From: Octopus sinensis
Taxonomy: Eukaryota
NCBI RefSeq assembly: GCF_006345805.1
Contig: NC_043000.1
Span: forward strand, 60,450,001-60,514,000
DNA: 64,000 nt
Direction of reading: 5' to 3'
This document shows positions 1 to 12,800 of this stretch, piece after piece (the first letter of the stretch is position 1; each line of letters starts with the position of its first letter). A program made the translations under genes and the position numbers. The notes beneath the pieces were generated by a model. It saw only the letters and a program-made list of their open reading frames with translations. It did not search any database and was not told the DNA's origin.

Positions 1-31
1 TGCATGCATGTATGCACGCATGCATGCACAT

Positions 32-63
<32 letters not shown>

Positions 64-624
64 TCTTAGGTTTATCGAATCAACAGGCTCATTAAGCTGT
101 AGCATATCTTGGTTTCCATGGCTTTCAGGCACAGGCTTGGTTGTGTGGTAAGAAGCCTGCTTTCCAACCACAAGGTTCCAGGTTCAATCCTACTACATGG
201 CACTTTGGGCAAGTGACTTCTACAATAGCTTCAGACTGACCAAAGCCTTGTGAGTAGATTTGGTAGACCAGAAACTGAAAAAAGCCCAATGTATGCATAT
301 ATATATATATATGTATGTATGTATGTATATATATATATATGTATATATAATAATAATATTAGGGAGTAAATCCAAATTTACAGGGAAAAATTAGATTTAG
401 GATTAAATCTAATTTTATAGTATAAATATATATTATATTAAATTAGAGATAAAACCACTATTAGGCAAATCAAACAGTGAAAATCATAAGCCAATACATA
501 GAAAAAAATTAATAAAAAAAATATAAAATATAAATATAAAAAATATAAAATATAAAATTCCAAATTAAAATATTTAAATTAAAGTTTTGCCTAATAGTGG
601 TTTTATCTCTAATTTAATATAATG

Positions 625-655
<31 letters not shown>

Positions 656-2454
656 GTACCTGATGTCACCCAGACTGTACTGATCAATACAGCACAATTG
701 GATGCACAATATCTCACCCATAAAGGACAGTTGCAGGAAGGGTCGAAACAATCATTGTACTGGATAAAGACTAATGCCAAATCTATTTTCCACTTCATTC
801 ATCAATTATTATTATCTTAACTAACACTGCGTAATTCCTAAAGTAGATCCAGCATAAATATACCCCAACTATAGATGACACCAGGTAGCCCAAACTGTGA
901 ATATGCTTTGCTCAACACACTAATTGACATATACCTATTAGTTCAAAAAAATTACCTATATGTTTGTATGTGTGTGTGGGGGGGGGGCTAAAGTGTTTAT
1001 TTATTGACAGCAAAGTAAAGCATACATATGCCTTCACACTCACATCATGATCAGTATCATCATTTAACATCCATGTTCCATGCTGACTATGGTTGGACTG
1101 TTTGACTGGATCCAGTAGGTTCAAAGACTGCACTATGCTCCTGTGTATATATTGGCATGGTTTCTATGGCTGGATGCCCTTCCAAACACCAACCACTTTA
1201 CTGGGGGTACTGTGTGCCTTCTTTTTTGTGCCACCAGCACTACTGAGGTTGCCATGCAGCTTTGAGAACCCTTTGAAGAATGGGGATCAGTTTTATGCCA
1301 TGGGATGAAGTATTAGAGTGTGGGTGAAGTGAAGGTGATGCAGAGCAGGTTTTTGTAGAAGAGCTGCATGGTTATTTACATTTTTAGTAGGGGAGGAAGG
1401 GAATGATCAGTAGGAACTCTGAAGAGACAGATAGGAGGCAGCCCCACAAGGCTTGTTGTATACATATGTAAATAAAGAACTAAACTGGTATATTAACTCT
1501 AACATTATTTGACTATAGACATTTGAGAAGGTAAAATGATGAGGATATATTTGCATTGCATAACACAACTGAGATGTGAAAAGCATTAATTCATAGTATC
1601 CAGCTATTTGATAGGTGAAGGAGGAGATTTGTAAGAATAAAACTATTTTTGCTCATTTCATCCTTCAACGCATTAGTGCATATATCAAACCCACTTTTTT
1701 CTAGTAACAACATATTTTACTAACTCTAGTGACAATAACTGTTGGATTCTGAAACATTTCTGTATGTTTATATATTTTATATATACATGTGTAAGTGTTT
1801 ATGCTTCTGTCATGCAGAAACTATGTTTAAAAATTACTGACATGTTTGGTTCAAACAGCCAGGCCAACAATAAAATGACAATAAATAAAAAGAGAAATAA
1901 TGGTGTGTAATATTATTCATTATTCTTTGATTTAGTTAAATTTAAATAATTTTTAACTTAAATAAACATAACTTCTGTTACAATTGTATTTAATCACTTA
2001 TATGGTAACAAAATGTAATACTTTTATAATCATTAAGTGCTATCCAGTTTCAAGTTTATAAATCTAACTTAATAAGAAATAATACATTTATAATGAATTA
2101 ATAAGCCATATGTCGTAGATGCTAATTTTCATTCATAAATTCAAATACTACTTCAACAACAAACAATAATACAGGGTACTTCTAAGAAGTCACTAAATCT
2201 CTAAATCTGCTTCATGTAGCAAATAAATACCTATAAAAATATTGTCCCAACAGTCTGTTGAAGTGGGAACATATGTTTAAGTTTCAAATTTCAAATTTAA
2301 CAAATTTATGAAGTTTGTATCCAAAAGCTTAGGACAATTTGCTTACAATAAAGATGATTAACCATAGATAAAAATACTAACTAATGTCATTGGTCACCTC
2401 ATTGGTATAAGATATACATCAGTAAAACTGACTGGCATAATCCAGCAACAATTG

Positions 2455-3070
2455 CAATCATCATCATCATCATCATCATCATCCGCTTTCCATGCTAGCA
2501 TGGGTTGGACGATTTTGACTGAGGGCTGGTGAACCAGATGGCTGCACCAGGCTCCAATCTTGATCCGGCAGAGTTTCTACAGCTGGATGCCCTTCCTAAC
2601 GCCAACCACTCCGAGAGTGTAGTGGCTGCTTTTTACGTGCCACCGGCACGGGGGCCAGTCAGGCGGTACTGGCAATGACCTCGCTCGAATCTTTTCACAC
2701 ATGCCACCGGCACAGGTGCCAGTAAGGCAACACTGGTAGCGATCACGCTTGAATGGTGCCTTTTACGTGCCACCAGCATGGAAGTCAGTTAGCTGCTCTG
2801 GCAACGATCACGCTCGGATGGTGTTCTTAGCACCCTACTAGCACAGGCACCAGTGCCAGTAATGCGACGCTGGTAACGATCATGCTCAAATGGTGCCTTT
2901 TAAGTGCCACTGGCACAGAAGCCGGTTAGCCGCTCTGTCAACGATCACACTCGTATGGTGCTCTTTGCACCCAACTAGCATGGATTCCAGTCATCGAATT
3001 TGATTTTGATTTCACTTGCCTCAACAGGTCTTCGCAAGCAGAGTTTAGTGTCCAAAGAAGGAAAAGGTAT
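2455..3070 (-). mobile_element. RTE 3' UTR fragment with (CAT)n tail and internal tandem motifs
   Basis: Reverse complement of 8000-8570; repeated tttttacgtgccacc(g/a)gca units. Confidence 0.85.
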
Positions 3071-3653
3071 GCATTTGTGGGCTGGTTATGCCCCATAAGT
3101 ATCAAGAGGAGATGATCTTGCATATTTATAGACGGTCCAGCATTATTTTAATCAATACACATTTGATCAGAATGTCATCACCTTCATTTATACATCTACT
3201 TTTTCTATGCTGGCATGGGTTGGATAAGAATTTTTGAGGCAGTAGTTCTTGTCATTAACTCTGCCTTGTTTTGAGGCAGTAATTCTTGTCATTAACTCTG
3301 CCTTGTTTTCAAGTAAAGTATTTTTATTTCATGTCATTGCTCACCAAACTGCTGAGCTGAAGGAATTTTTGTATACGTAGCTCATAATAACATCATCACT
3401 GTGGAACAAGTGTCCATTCAAAAGCACACAAAAGCTAACAAACTCATGCACACATATATGATCACAAATGCAGACACACATACTCACACACATATGTCAC
3501 ACGTACATGTACATATCACATTCACTTGGGAGTGCAGCGTACACACATATACATATGTGTGAATACACAGATATAAGCGTGCGTGCGTGCGCACACATGC
3601 ACACACACACACACAAACACACAAACACGTACACAAACACACACAAACACACA

Positions 3654-3694
<41 letters not shown>

Positions 3695-4117
3695 TGCTGT
3701 TTCAGTCTTGGAAATCATAATTGCAAGGTACTCACAAGACTAGTCTGAACCTATAGTATAAACCACTCATTCAATATGCCATGCTGTGAAACTGAAACAA
3801 GAACCATGTAACTGAAAAGTAAACGCACCAGCACTGTAGGCCCCGCCAGGCAAATCAATGTACTGGGCACTATAGTATTTATTCATTGACAGCAAGGCAT
3901 ACACAGTCCAGAATTTGGCCCCTAGATCATAGGGTCTCTGGGTAACTGGCACTGCTTCTTAGCTATACAGCTGTACTTGTGTCTATTATTATAAAAACGA
4001 TAAGCTATCAGGTGGAGTTCTAAAAAAAATGCAATAAAATTTGTTGGCTCCTTGACAGGTGGAAACATTTAACACTATAATCTCAAGTTTACTGTAAGAA
4101 AAAGAATACTTAGGTAA

Positions 4118-4507
4118 TCTATATATATAAAGCTGAAGTTGTCTGTGTGTGGCAGGTTTGGTAACCTTCAACTAATACTATCTCCTCCGAGACCCTGCAG
4201 CGCAAGCTGACCAAAATTGAGAGTATGATAGAAGAAGGCTTGCTCTTTATTCCGTAGAAGATAAAATTCAAATTGGACCACGTTAGGACCAAAAATTATT
4301 TACATCAAAAAGGTACTTCTTTTCTATGAAAATCCCTATTTTTTACGATTTTTTGACTGCTGTGTCGCCATTTTTCAGTGTATTTCAACCAGGAAAATGT
4401 TCACTTAAAGAGAATAACAAGCTACATAATGCGAAATTTTTACTTTTCAAAAATTCCAATTCTAAAATTCCAATTCAAACCCGAGCAACGCCGGGTGATA
4501 CTGTTAG
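4118..4507 (+). mobile_element. Non-autonomous Helitron-like element
   Basis: A|TC 5' end, subterminal hairpin cccgagcaacgccggg (4480-4495), TTAG|T 3' end (CTAG variant), no TSD. Confidence 0.75.
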
Positions 4508-4625
4508 TATAAGGATATTTAAGTAATATCACCTTTACTGACAAAGGTCAGGATTCCAGTAACAATGTTTTAGAATGGTTTTTATCGTCCAGAGAGTAAG
4601 GAAAAAGTTCTTGGAGAGTAGTTAA

Positions 4626-4833
4626 CCCTTTACTCTCGCTAATTAATGCGTATTTTATTCACATTGTTTTGAATTAATCATGCACTAGCTCATAGCTTTG
4701 AGATTTCGATAGTGTGATGGTTTATTCTTAGAATGACATTGCAGTGTAGGTGTGAGAGGCCAGATCTGGTTGGTTTGAACATTAAATGGATAGAGTATTT
4801 GAGCTGAAAATGGCTAGTTTAAATGCTAAAGGG
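4626..4833 (+). mobile_element. TTAA-flanked ~210-bp MITE family (piggyBac-like ends)
   Basis: TTAA|CCCTTTA...TAAAGGG|TTAA. Other copies at 9548-9768, 21035-21245, 29805-30014 (minus) and 63486-63690. Confidence 0.75.
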
Positions 4834-4964
4834 TTAATTAATGAAAGCAAAGTAAGTAGATTGGTCCATTGGAAACTTGTAAACAATGTTATTGTTCACA
4901 AATGTGATATAAAATAAATAAACCACATTTTAGGCAACTTTTCATTTGAAATCTGCTCTTTTAC

Positions 4965-5158
4965 TCTTTTATTCTTTTACTTGTTTCAGTCATTTGATTG
5001 CGGCCATGCTGGAGCACCGCCTTTAGTCGAGCAAATTGACCCCGGGACTTATTCTTCGTAAGCCTAGTACTTATTCTATCGGTCTCTTTTGCCAAATCAC
5101 TAAGTTACGGGGATGTAAACACACCAGCATCGGTTGTCAAGCGATGTTGGGGGGACAA

Positions 5159-5189
<31 letters not shown>

Positions 5190-5365
5190 CATATACATAT
5201 ATACAATGGGCTTCTTTCAGTTTCCGTCTACCAAATCCACTCACAAGGTTTTGGTCAGCCCGAGGCTATAGTAGAAGACACTTGCCCAAGGTGCCATGCA
5301 GTGGGACTGAATCCAGAACCATGTGGTTGGTAAGCAAGCTACTTACCACACAGCCACTCCTGCGC
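4965..5365 (-). mobile_element. tRNA-derived SINE with CORE-like CCTTGGGCAAGTG segment (octopus OR2-like); representative copy
   Basis: Head with A/B-box-like tggctgtgtgg / ggttcagtcc. Further copies at ~126-290, 10105-10580, 20510-20820, 26930-27235, 31500-31760, 37320-37670, 40750-41020, 44850-45065, 48820-49100, 57030-57900, 61770-61930 and 63893-64000. Family name is from memory. Confidence 0.8.
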
Positions 5366-6669
5366 CTGTTAATATTGTAGAGATATGATAGCTTACATTT
5401 CTTCATTTTCTTTTCTTAGAAATTTGTGTCATTGATCTTAAATAAGAAACTAATTTTAGAACTACTCAAGTCACCATAGCATCAATCACTGCAATATTCT
5501 CATTATTTTACTTACATCTATGATTCATAGAACTATAAGAAAACAGAGATATCAACAATATCAACCAAGTTTAATCTTCCAATTTGGATCAAATAACATA
5601 CAGTAGGTTTCAATGAAACTAGTGGCATTCTACATCAGAAAAGTAATACTAGTAATTCAAATTGTGGAAATATCTTTTATGTCATGAACAAGAAAAGCCT
5701 AACATTTTCAGCATAACCATTCATCAGCCTGAAATGATAGGCCTCTTTCTCAAATCATAAAATTTATTCTGTTGTAGTGACACTCGTAGAATCAGGTGAA
5801 GCTTTGGTTACTCATAATTATTTACCAGGTTATCAGACTTAATGGGAGAAAGGTATCTCTTAGCTATGCACAGGTTATTTAAGCAGAACTCAGACCTCTC
5901 TTTCTCTCTCTGTACAGGACTCAGCTAGAGTGGAATTGGTCATTATCTACTCTTTATTTCCAGAACATATGCTTAGCACTAGCTCCTGCAACATATTTAA
6001 CCCAAACCATCTTCATGAATTATCATCATCATCATCCTTTAACATCTATTTTCTATGCTGGCATGGGTTGGACATGGTTTGACCAAAGCTTGCAAGCTGG
6101 AGAGCTGCACTAGGCTCCAGTCTGATTTGGCATGGCTTCTACAGCTGGATGCCCTTCCTAATGATAACCACTTTACAGTGTGTGCAAAGTGCTTCAAATG
6201 TGGCACCGACATGAGCACTTTTATGTGGCACCAGCACAAGTGTCTCTTACATGGCACTGGCACACATCTTTATGAATGTTGCAATTGAAAATTATTATTT
6301 CTTTCTGTATGAATTACTGCTTCATTTAAATCTATACTTGTAAACTTTTGGCAGTAAACACTTTAATCTTGTAATTTGTACTAAATAACAAACAGTAGAG
6401 ACCAATGAAACTAGAGGTATTCTGCATCAGCAATAAGTAATACAAATAGTGGAATATGTTTTATGACATGAGTAAGAAGAGGAGTCCAGCATTTTGAATA
6501 CAGCCTTTCACCAACCTGCATTTGTAAACTTATCCACCTTCTAGTAGAACATAGATGATAAAAAAGAACTTGTGTGTGTGTGTACATGTGCATTATTGTT
6601 ATGTTTCACATCCATATTTCCTTTACAGTGTTTGAATTATTTATATAACAGTATATATTTGTTCCTGAC

Positions 6670-8570
6670 ATTCCTGGTAAGGCAGCTGCAGGAGAAATAC
6701 CTAGCCAAAGATAAGCCCCTGTACCTGGCTTTTGTTGACATGGAGAAAGCCTTCGACAGGGTCCCCCGATCCCTTATCTGGTGGGCAATGAGAAAACTAG
6801 GGATAGATGAATGGTTAGTGAGAGCTGTGCGGCCATGTATAGGGACGCCGCTAGTAGGGTGAGGGTTGGAAATGAGTACAGTGAAGAATTCCGGGTAGAG
6901 GTAGGGGTCCACCAAGGCTCAGTACTCAGCCCCCTCCTATTTATCATAGTCCTCCAGGCAATAACGGAGGAATTCAAGACAGGATGCCCTTGGGAGCTCC
7001 TCTATGCTGATGACCTTGCTCTAATTGCTGAGTCGCTATCAGAACTGGAGGAGAAGTTTCAGGTGTGAAAACAAGGATTAGAATCAAAGGGCCTCAGAGT
7101 CAATCTAGCTAAAACCAAAGTCGTAATCAGTAGGAAGGTAGACAAATCACAAACACCTTCAGGCAGATGGCCCTGCTCGATCTGTAGAAAAGGTGTAGGT
7201 AGAAACTCTATAAGATGCACCAAGTGTAAGCTATGGACACATAAGAGATGCAGCAATGTGAAAGGAAGGCTAACTAGGAAGATGGTTTTTGTATGTGGCA
7301 GATGCTCAGGAACAATAAACACTGAAAATGCTCTGAGACCAACTTCCGTCACTTTCCAGGGAGAAAAACTAGAAATAGTTGATAGTTTCCGTTACCTAGG
7401 TGACCAAGTCAGCAGCGGGGGTGGGTGTGCTGAAAGTGTAACTGCTAGAGTAAGAATAGCTTGGGCAAAGTTCAGAGAGCTCTTACCTCTGCTGGTGACA
7501 AAAGGCCTCTCGCACAGAGTGAAAGGCAGACTGTATGATGCGTGTGTACGAACAGCCATGCTACATGGCAGTGAAACATGGGCCGTGACTGCTGAGGATA
7601 TGCGTAAGCTCGCTAGAAATGAAGCCAGTATGCTCCGATGGATGTGTAATGCCGGTACTCACACTCGGCAGAGTGTAAGTACCTTGAGAGAAAAGCTGGA
7701 CCTAAGAAGCATCAGTTGTGGTGTGCAAGAGAGACGTTTGCGCTGGTATGGTCATGTGGCGAGAATGGATGAAGATAGTTGTGTGAAAAAGTGCCACACC
7801 CTAGCGGTTGAGGGAACCTGTGGAAGAGGCAGACCCAGGAAAACCTGGGACGAGGTGGTGAAGCACGACCTTCGAACTTTAGGTCTCACTGAGGAAATGA
7901 CTAGAGACCGAGACCTCTGGAAGTGTGCTGTGCATGAGAAGACCCGGCAGGACAAGTGAGTCCACAACTCGTGGCCTTCTACATGGGATGGAGCCAGCCT
8001 ACGTATGCATACCTTCCCTTCTTGGGACACAAAACTCTACTTGTGAAGACGTGTTGAGGCAAGTGAGGATCAGAATCGAAATCAATCAATGGAAATTGCG
8101 GATGTGCTACCAGTGCCGGTGGCATGTCGAAACTCTGCTTGTGAAGACCCATTGAGGCAAGTGAGGATCAGAATCGAAATCGATCAATGGAAATCGATCA
8201 ATGGAAATTGCAGATGTGTTACCAGTGCCGGTGGCATGTAAGAGAACTTTCCGTTTCGCGACCGTTGCCAGCACCGCCCCGTTTCGTGTCCGTTGCCAGC
8301 CTCGCCTGGCCCTCGTGCCGGTGGCACATAAAAAGCACCATCCGTTCGTGGCCGTTTGCCAGATCTGTCTGGCACCAGTGCGGGTGGCACGTAAAAAGCA
8401 CCCACTACACTCACGGAGTGGTTGGCGTTAGGAAGGGCATCCAGCCGTAGAAACACTGCCAGATTTGACTGGGCCTGATGAAGCCTTCTGGCTTCACAGA
8501 CCCCAGTAGAACCGTCCAACCCATGCTAGCATGGAAAACGGACGCTAAATGATGATGATGATGATGATGA
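6670..8570 (+). mobile_element. 5'-truncated RTE-clade LINE (RT C-terminal half, 3' UTR, (TGA)n tail); disrupted
   Basis: ORF pieces LAFVDMEKAFDRVP, GVHQGSVLSPLLF, LLYADDL, FRYLG, RLRWYGHVARM, GRGRPRKTW. Frameshift near 6832, TGA at 7066-7068, ORF end 7959, tail gatgatgatg at ~8550-8570. Confidence 0.95.
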
Positions 8571-9221
8571 TAATAGGCACATAGCCACAGGTTAAAGGGA
8601 GGATAAGGGTATCATTGATTACATGGACCCAAGGTTTGAATGGTGCTATATTTTATTGACCTCAATAAAGATGGAAGGCAAAGTCAACCATATTATTGAA
8701 TTTAGAATGTAAAGCAACTTAACTAAATATCACAATGTATTTTTCCCATTGCTCTAACAAATATAGTATTATATATATTAATGAACTATATATATATATA
8801 TGTATTATTAATGTACGATATATATGTATTATAGATATTGTGTGAAGGCACCTGGCTTAGTGGTTAGGGTATTCAGCTCATGATTGTAAGATCATGAGTT
8901 TGATTCCTGGCAATGTGGTGTGTCCTTGAGCAAGACACTTTATTTCATGTTGCTCCATGTCTGTAGAGTGCTCAGCCACTTGCACATTAATTTCACAAGT
9001 AGGCTGTTCCATTTATTGGATCAACTAGAACCCTTCTCGTCATAACCAACAGAGTGCCAGTATATATATTAATCAACCATATATAACAAATGTCATCACC
9101 CAATGTTGTATGCATGTCAAAACTCTCAAAAGAAATAATAATTGCTAATAGAAACTCTAAGTAACATGGTAGGGAGAAAAGTTAGTTATATTAGCCTCAG
9201 TACTTCACTGGTATCACTAAG

Positions 9222-9530
9222 CATAGATTTGATTAGATTATTAATGACAGATTGATCCATATTTATCCACTCTGTAGTTAACACTTCTATGAGCTCTATA
9301 ATTGATGCAATTTTCAACGATCTTGCTTGCAAGATCGTTGAAAATTACATATAGGAACATCTGTCAATCTGTTTCCCATATGTATTCTATTGAGACCTTG
9401 AACAACCTATTTCAGAGATTTGATTCAGAGTTCTTTTCTAACCATGTGAGATCATGCTTGTATGGCATCCAATGTCACTGAGAGAACTCATGTATTGTCA
9501 ATCAATCTGTTATAAATACTAGCCAAATCT
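9222..9530. repeat. MITE-like inverted-repeat element with an internal perfect 18-bp hairpin
   Basis: aattttcaacgatcttgc-tt-gcaagatcgttgaaaatt at 9309-9346; outer gacagattgat / atcaatctgt. Confidence 0.55.
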
Positions 9531-9547
9531 ACTTCTAATCACCTTAA

Positions 9548-9768
9548 CCCTTTAGTATCCACATTAATCTATCAAAAGTACTGCTTATTTATTCACGTTG
9601 TTTTGAATTAATTGGGCATTTTCTCATAGTTTTGAGATTTTGATGACATGATTATTTACTTTTGGAATGACATTGGAGGGTAGGTGTGAGAGGCCAAATC
9701 TTGTCATTTTGAATAAAAAAACAGATAAAATATTTGGGCTGGATATGGCCTATTTAAATGCTAAAAGG
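9548..9768 (+). mobile_element. TTAA-flanked MITE, same family as 4626-4833
   Basis: Shared body (ttttgaattaat...gtaggtgtgagaggcc...aaatgctaaa) and TTAA flanks. Confidence 0.75.
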
Positions 9769-10273
9769 TTAAATAATAGAGAGAACATTAGATAATCCAG
9801 TTTAAAATACATTGTCTGGAAATAAAAGATGGCATGGTAACAGTAGGAACATCTTTCACCATTAGTCTGCTCTATATCAGGGTTGCCATGGCCTATACAA
9901 CAATTGGTACTTATTCAATCGACTCTAGAATGATGAAACGCAAAATCAACTTTAAATTCAAACTTAGAATCAGTCTAAATGCCATTTTGCCTGTTGCTCG
10001 ACCAATTCTAACAAGTTACTCCATCTGAAAGATGATCTACCAATGTTCAATCTAAAGCAAACAACTAAGTTTTCACAAAATAAAGGACTTTTGTGCCATC
10101 TAATAACATAGGCACAGGCATAGCTGTGTGGTTAGGAAGCTTGCTTTGCAATCATGTAGTTCTGGGTTCAGTCCCACAGCACAGCATCTTGTACAAGTGT
10201 CTTCTGTTATAGCCTCAGGTCAATTAATACTGTGTGAGGGAATTTAGTTGATGGAAACTGTGTGGAAGCCCAT

Positions 10274-10321
<48 letters not shown>

Positions 10322-11469
10322 TATATATATACACACACATATACATGCATATATATGTGTGAGTGTGTGTGTGTATGTCTTTGTGTTCGTCCCCTGCCAC
10401 CACTTGACAACCAGTGTTGGTTCGTAAACATCCCTGTAACTTAGCAGTTTGGCAAGAGAGAGACTGATGGAATAAGTACCAGAATTTAAAGACGGTAACG
10501 GTATTGATTTGCTCAACTAAACCCTTCAAACCAGTGCTCCAGCATGGCCACTGTTCAATGACTGAAAGAAGTCGAGAGAAAAAAGGTAAGAAATTCTGTT
10601 ACTAGCTCCAAACACTGATAAATGATAACGGTTTCAAATTTTGGCACAAAGCCAGCAATTTCAGGGTGGGGTGAGTAAGTTGATTACATTGAACCCAGTG
10701 ATCAACTGGTGCTTGTTTTATTGACCCTGAATGGGATGAAAGGCTAAGTCAACCCCAGTGGCATTTAAATTCAGAATGTAAACACGGATGAAATACTGCT
10801 AAGCATTTTGCTTGGTGCGCTAACGATTCTACAAGCTTGCTACCTTACTCTAATAAATAATAATGTTGGCAAAGTTACTAAGTATAGAAACTTGGAACAT
10901 TTAAAACTGACAAAGTATTTCAATTGAGATTTAATGTATTGATAATTTTCCCCAGTACTTCCACCTCAATAACTACCTCCTTCAATCTATAAAGTAATCA
11001 TATTTGTTAACTCATTCATTTACTTAATGTCCATTTTTCATACTAGCATGTGCTAGATGGAGTGTGTGTGTAGGGGTGGGGGTGGGGATTTATTTAGTGC
11101 AAACTTTTACAGCCATTTGCTCTTTCTGCTGCCAATCTTTACATATTCTTTGAGTGAGGGAGCAGTTTTTTTTTATTCCAGAGTCCTATTGAAAATAGAG
11201 AGCAGCCAATCATGCTGTCAACATCACTGCCATTTCACTGAAGCAGTGACAAATGTGGAATATTAACATTCGCAGACCTTTGTTCACACACAAACACACA
11301 ACACAGATGCATACATTCATACACACACACACACATGATGATGATGATGATGATGATGATATGTTGAGAAAAAAGGTCGTCAGAATTTTGGAAAGAAAAT
11401 CTTTTTATTTCTTCATTATTATTAGCATTTTTGTTCATTTCTTGAACTTGTAAAATATGTATATATATG

Positions 11470-11508
<39 letters not shown>

Positions 11509-12086
11509 TAAATGAAAGACAGAAGATGGAGTATATGAGAATTTTTATTATTAATCACAACGATTGTTTCAACACACCTAGCATCGATCCCTCATGGGTG
11601 GGGCACTTAACAACTGGTTCAGGAGCATCCAACAGTGAAGATGTGTCTCATCAGGTGATAGAGAGACACAACTTGTTAAAATAACAGTTCCGTGATGTAT
11701 CTTCTCATTTTGTAGAAGGAAAAGCAGCAAAACAAAAGAAATATTTTAATTTATATAGATCAAAAATAAAATCACAGATGCAAAAAATAAATGAACATGC
11801 AATACAGTGAAAAAAGTATTAAAAATAACCGTTAACATATATGGGTGCATATATATGGATACAAGTTGCATGGCATGTACACACTCACACATACAAGCAT
11901 CCATAAAAATGTAAGTATGCGCACACATGTGGTTTGGTGCACACATGAAGAATGGGTAGTTTAAAGCTAAACTTAATCATCCCTATATATAATAATAATA
12001 AAGGGTGAAATCATAAATGAGTTTTACCAAGTGGTCAATGCGAAAATAAAACCTTGTAGGTAAATTAATATATAATATAAATATTT

Positions 12087-12302
12087 TATAATTATAACAA
12101 GGGCTTGGCTTGCGCCTCATCACACACTGAAAAATAGACGTCAAAAGACACTATTGCCACCATAAATTCTCTGAGAAATACACACTACACATAGGCCTAT
12201 ATGTAGTGTGTTTTTCTCAGAGAATTTATGGTGGCAATAGTGTCTTTTGACATCTACTTTTCAGTGCGTGGTGAGGCGCAAGCCAAGCCCTTGTTATAAT
12301 TA
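12087..12302. repeat. ~108-bp-arm loopless palindrome, with adjacent Penelope-like terminal sequence to ~12550
   Basis: Centre ataggcctat at ~12191-12200; arms complementary with a few mismatches. Confidence 0.85.
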
Positions 12303-12550
12303 TGTGTATAATTATAAAATATATATATTTATAGATATATATGTTCAATATGTGACTGCGTGTGTATTGCTGGCCATTTTCTTTCTCCGTCTTGCCCTCC
12401 TTGGACCTTTCCTTTTTCTATGTTTCTCACGAAGAGCTCCGCTTGAAACATTAAATCCTCTGTCTTTCTTTCCTTTCCTGAGTGTCCAATAACACTATAC
12501 TTGTTCCACGTCCTCGCGTTGTGTTTTTTCTTTGTTCATGTTTGGAGTAA

Positions 12551-12800
12551 CTATATATATATATATATATACTTATATATATATATATATATATACTTAT
12601 ATATATATATATATTATATATATATATATACTTATATATGTGCATATATATATACATATATATATATACTTATATATGTGTGTATATATATATATATAAA
12701 CTTATATATGTATATATATGTATATATACATATATATATATACTTATGTATGAATATATATTTATGTATATATGCATATACATATATATACTCATATATG
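12551..12800. repeat. (TA)n-rich microsatellite
   Basis: Directly visible. Confidence 0.95.

Noticed and set aside
126-200. tRNA-like A/B boxes in SINE heads (many copies)
   Set aside because: No cloverleaf; they continue into SINE bodies, so they are not tRNA genes.
3232-3310. 38-bp tandem duplication
   Set aside because: Two copies only; ordinary slippage, not a CRISPR-like array.
8470-8510. CUGAUGA-AGCC-UUCU-GGCU hammerhead-like start in the RTE tail
   Set aside because: No GAAA, UH or stem I; it is ordinary RTE 3' UTR sequence.
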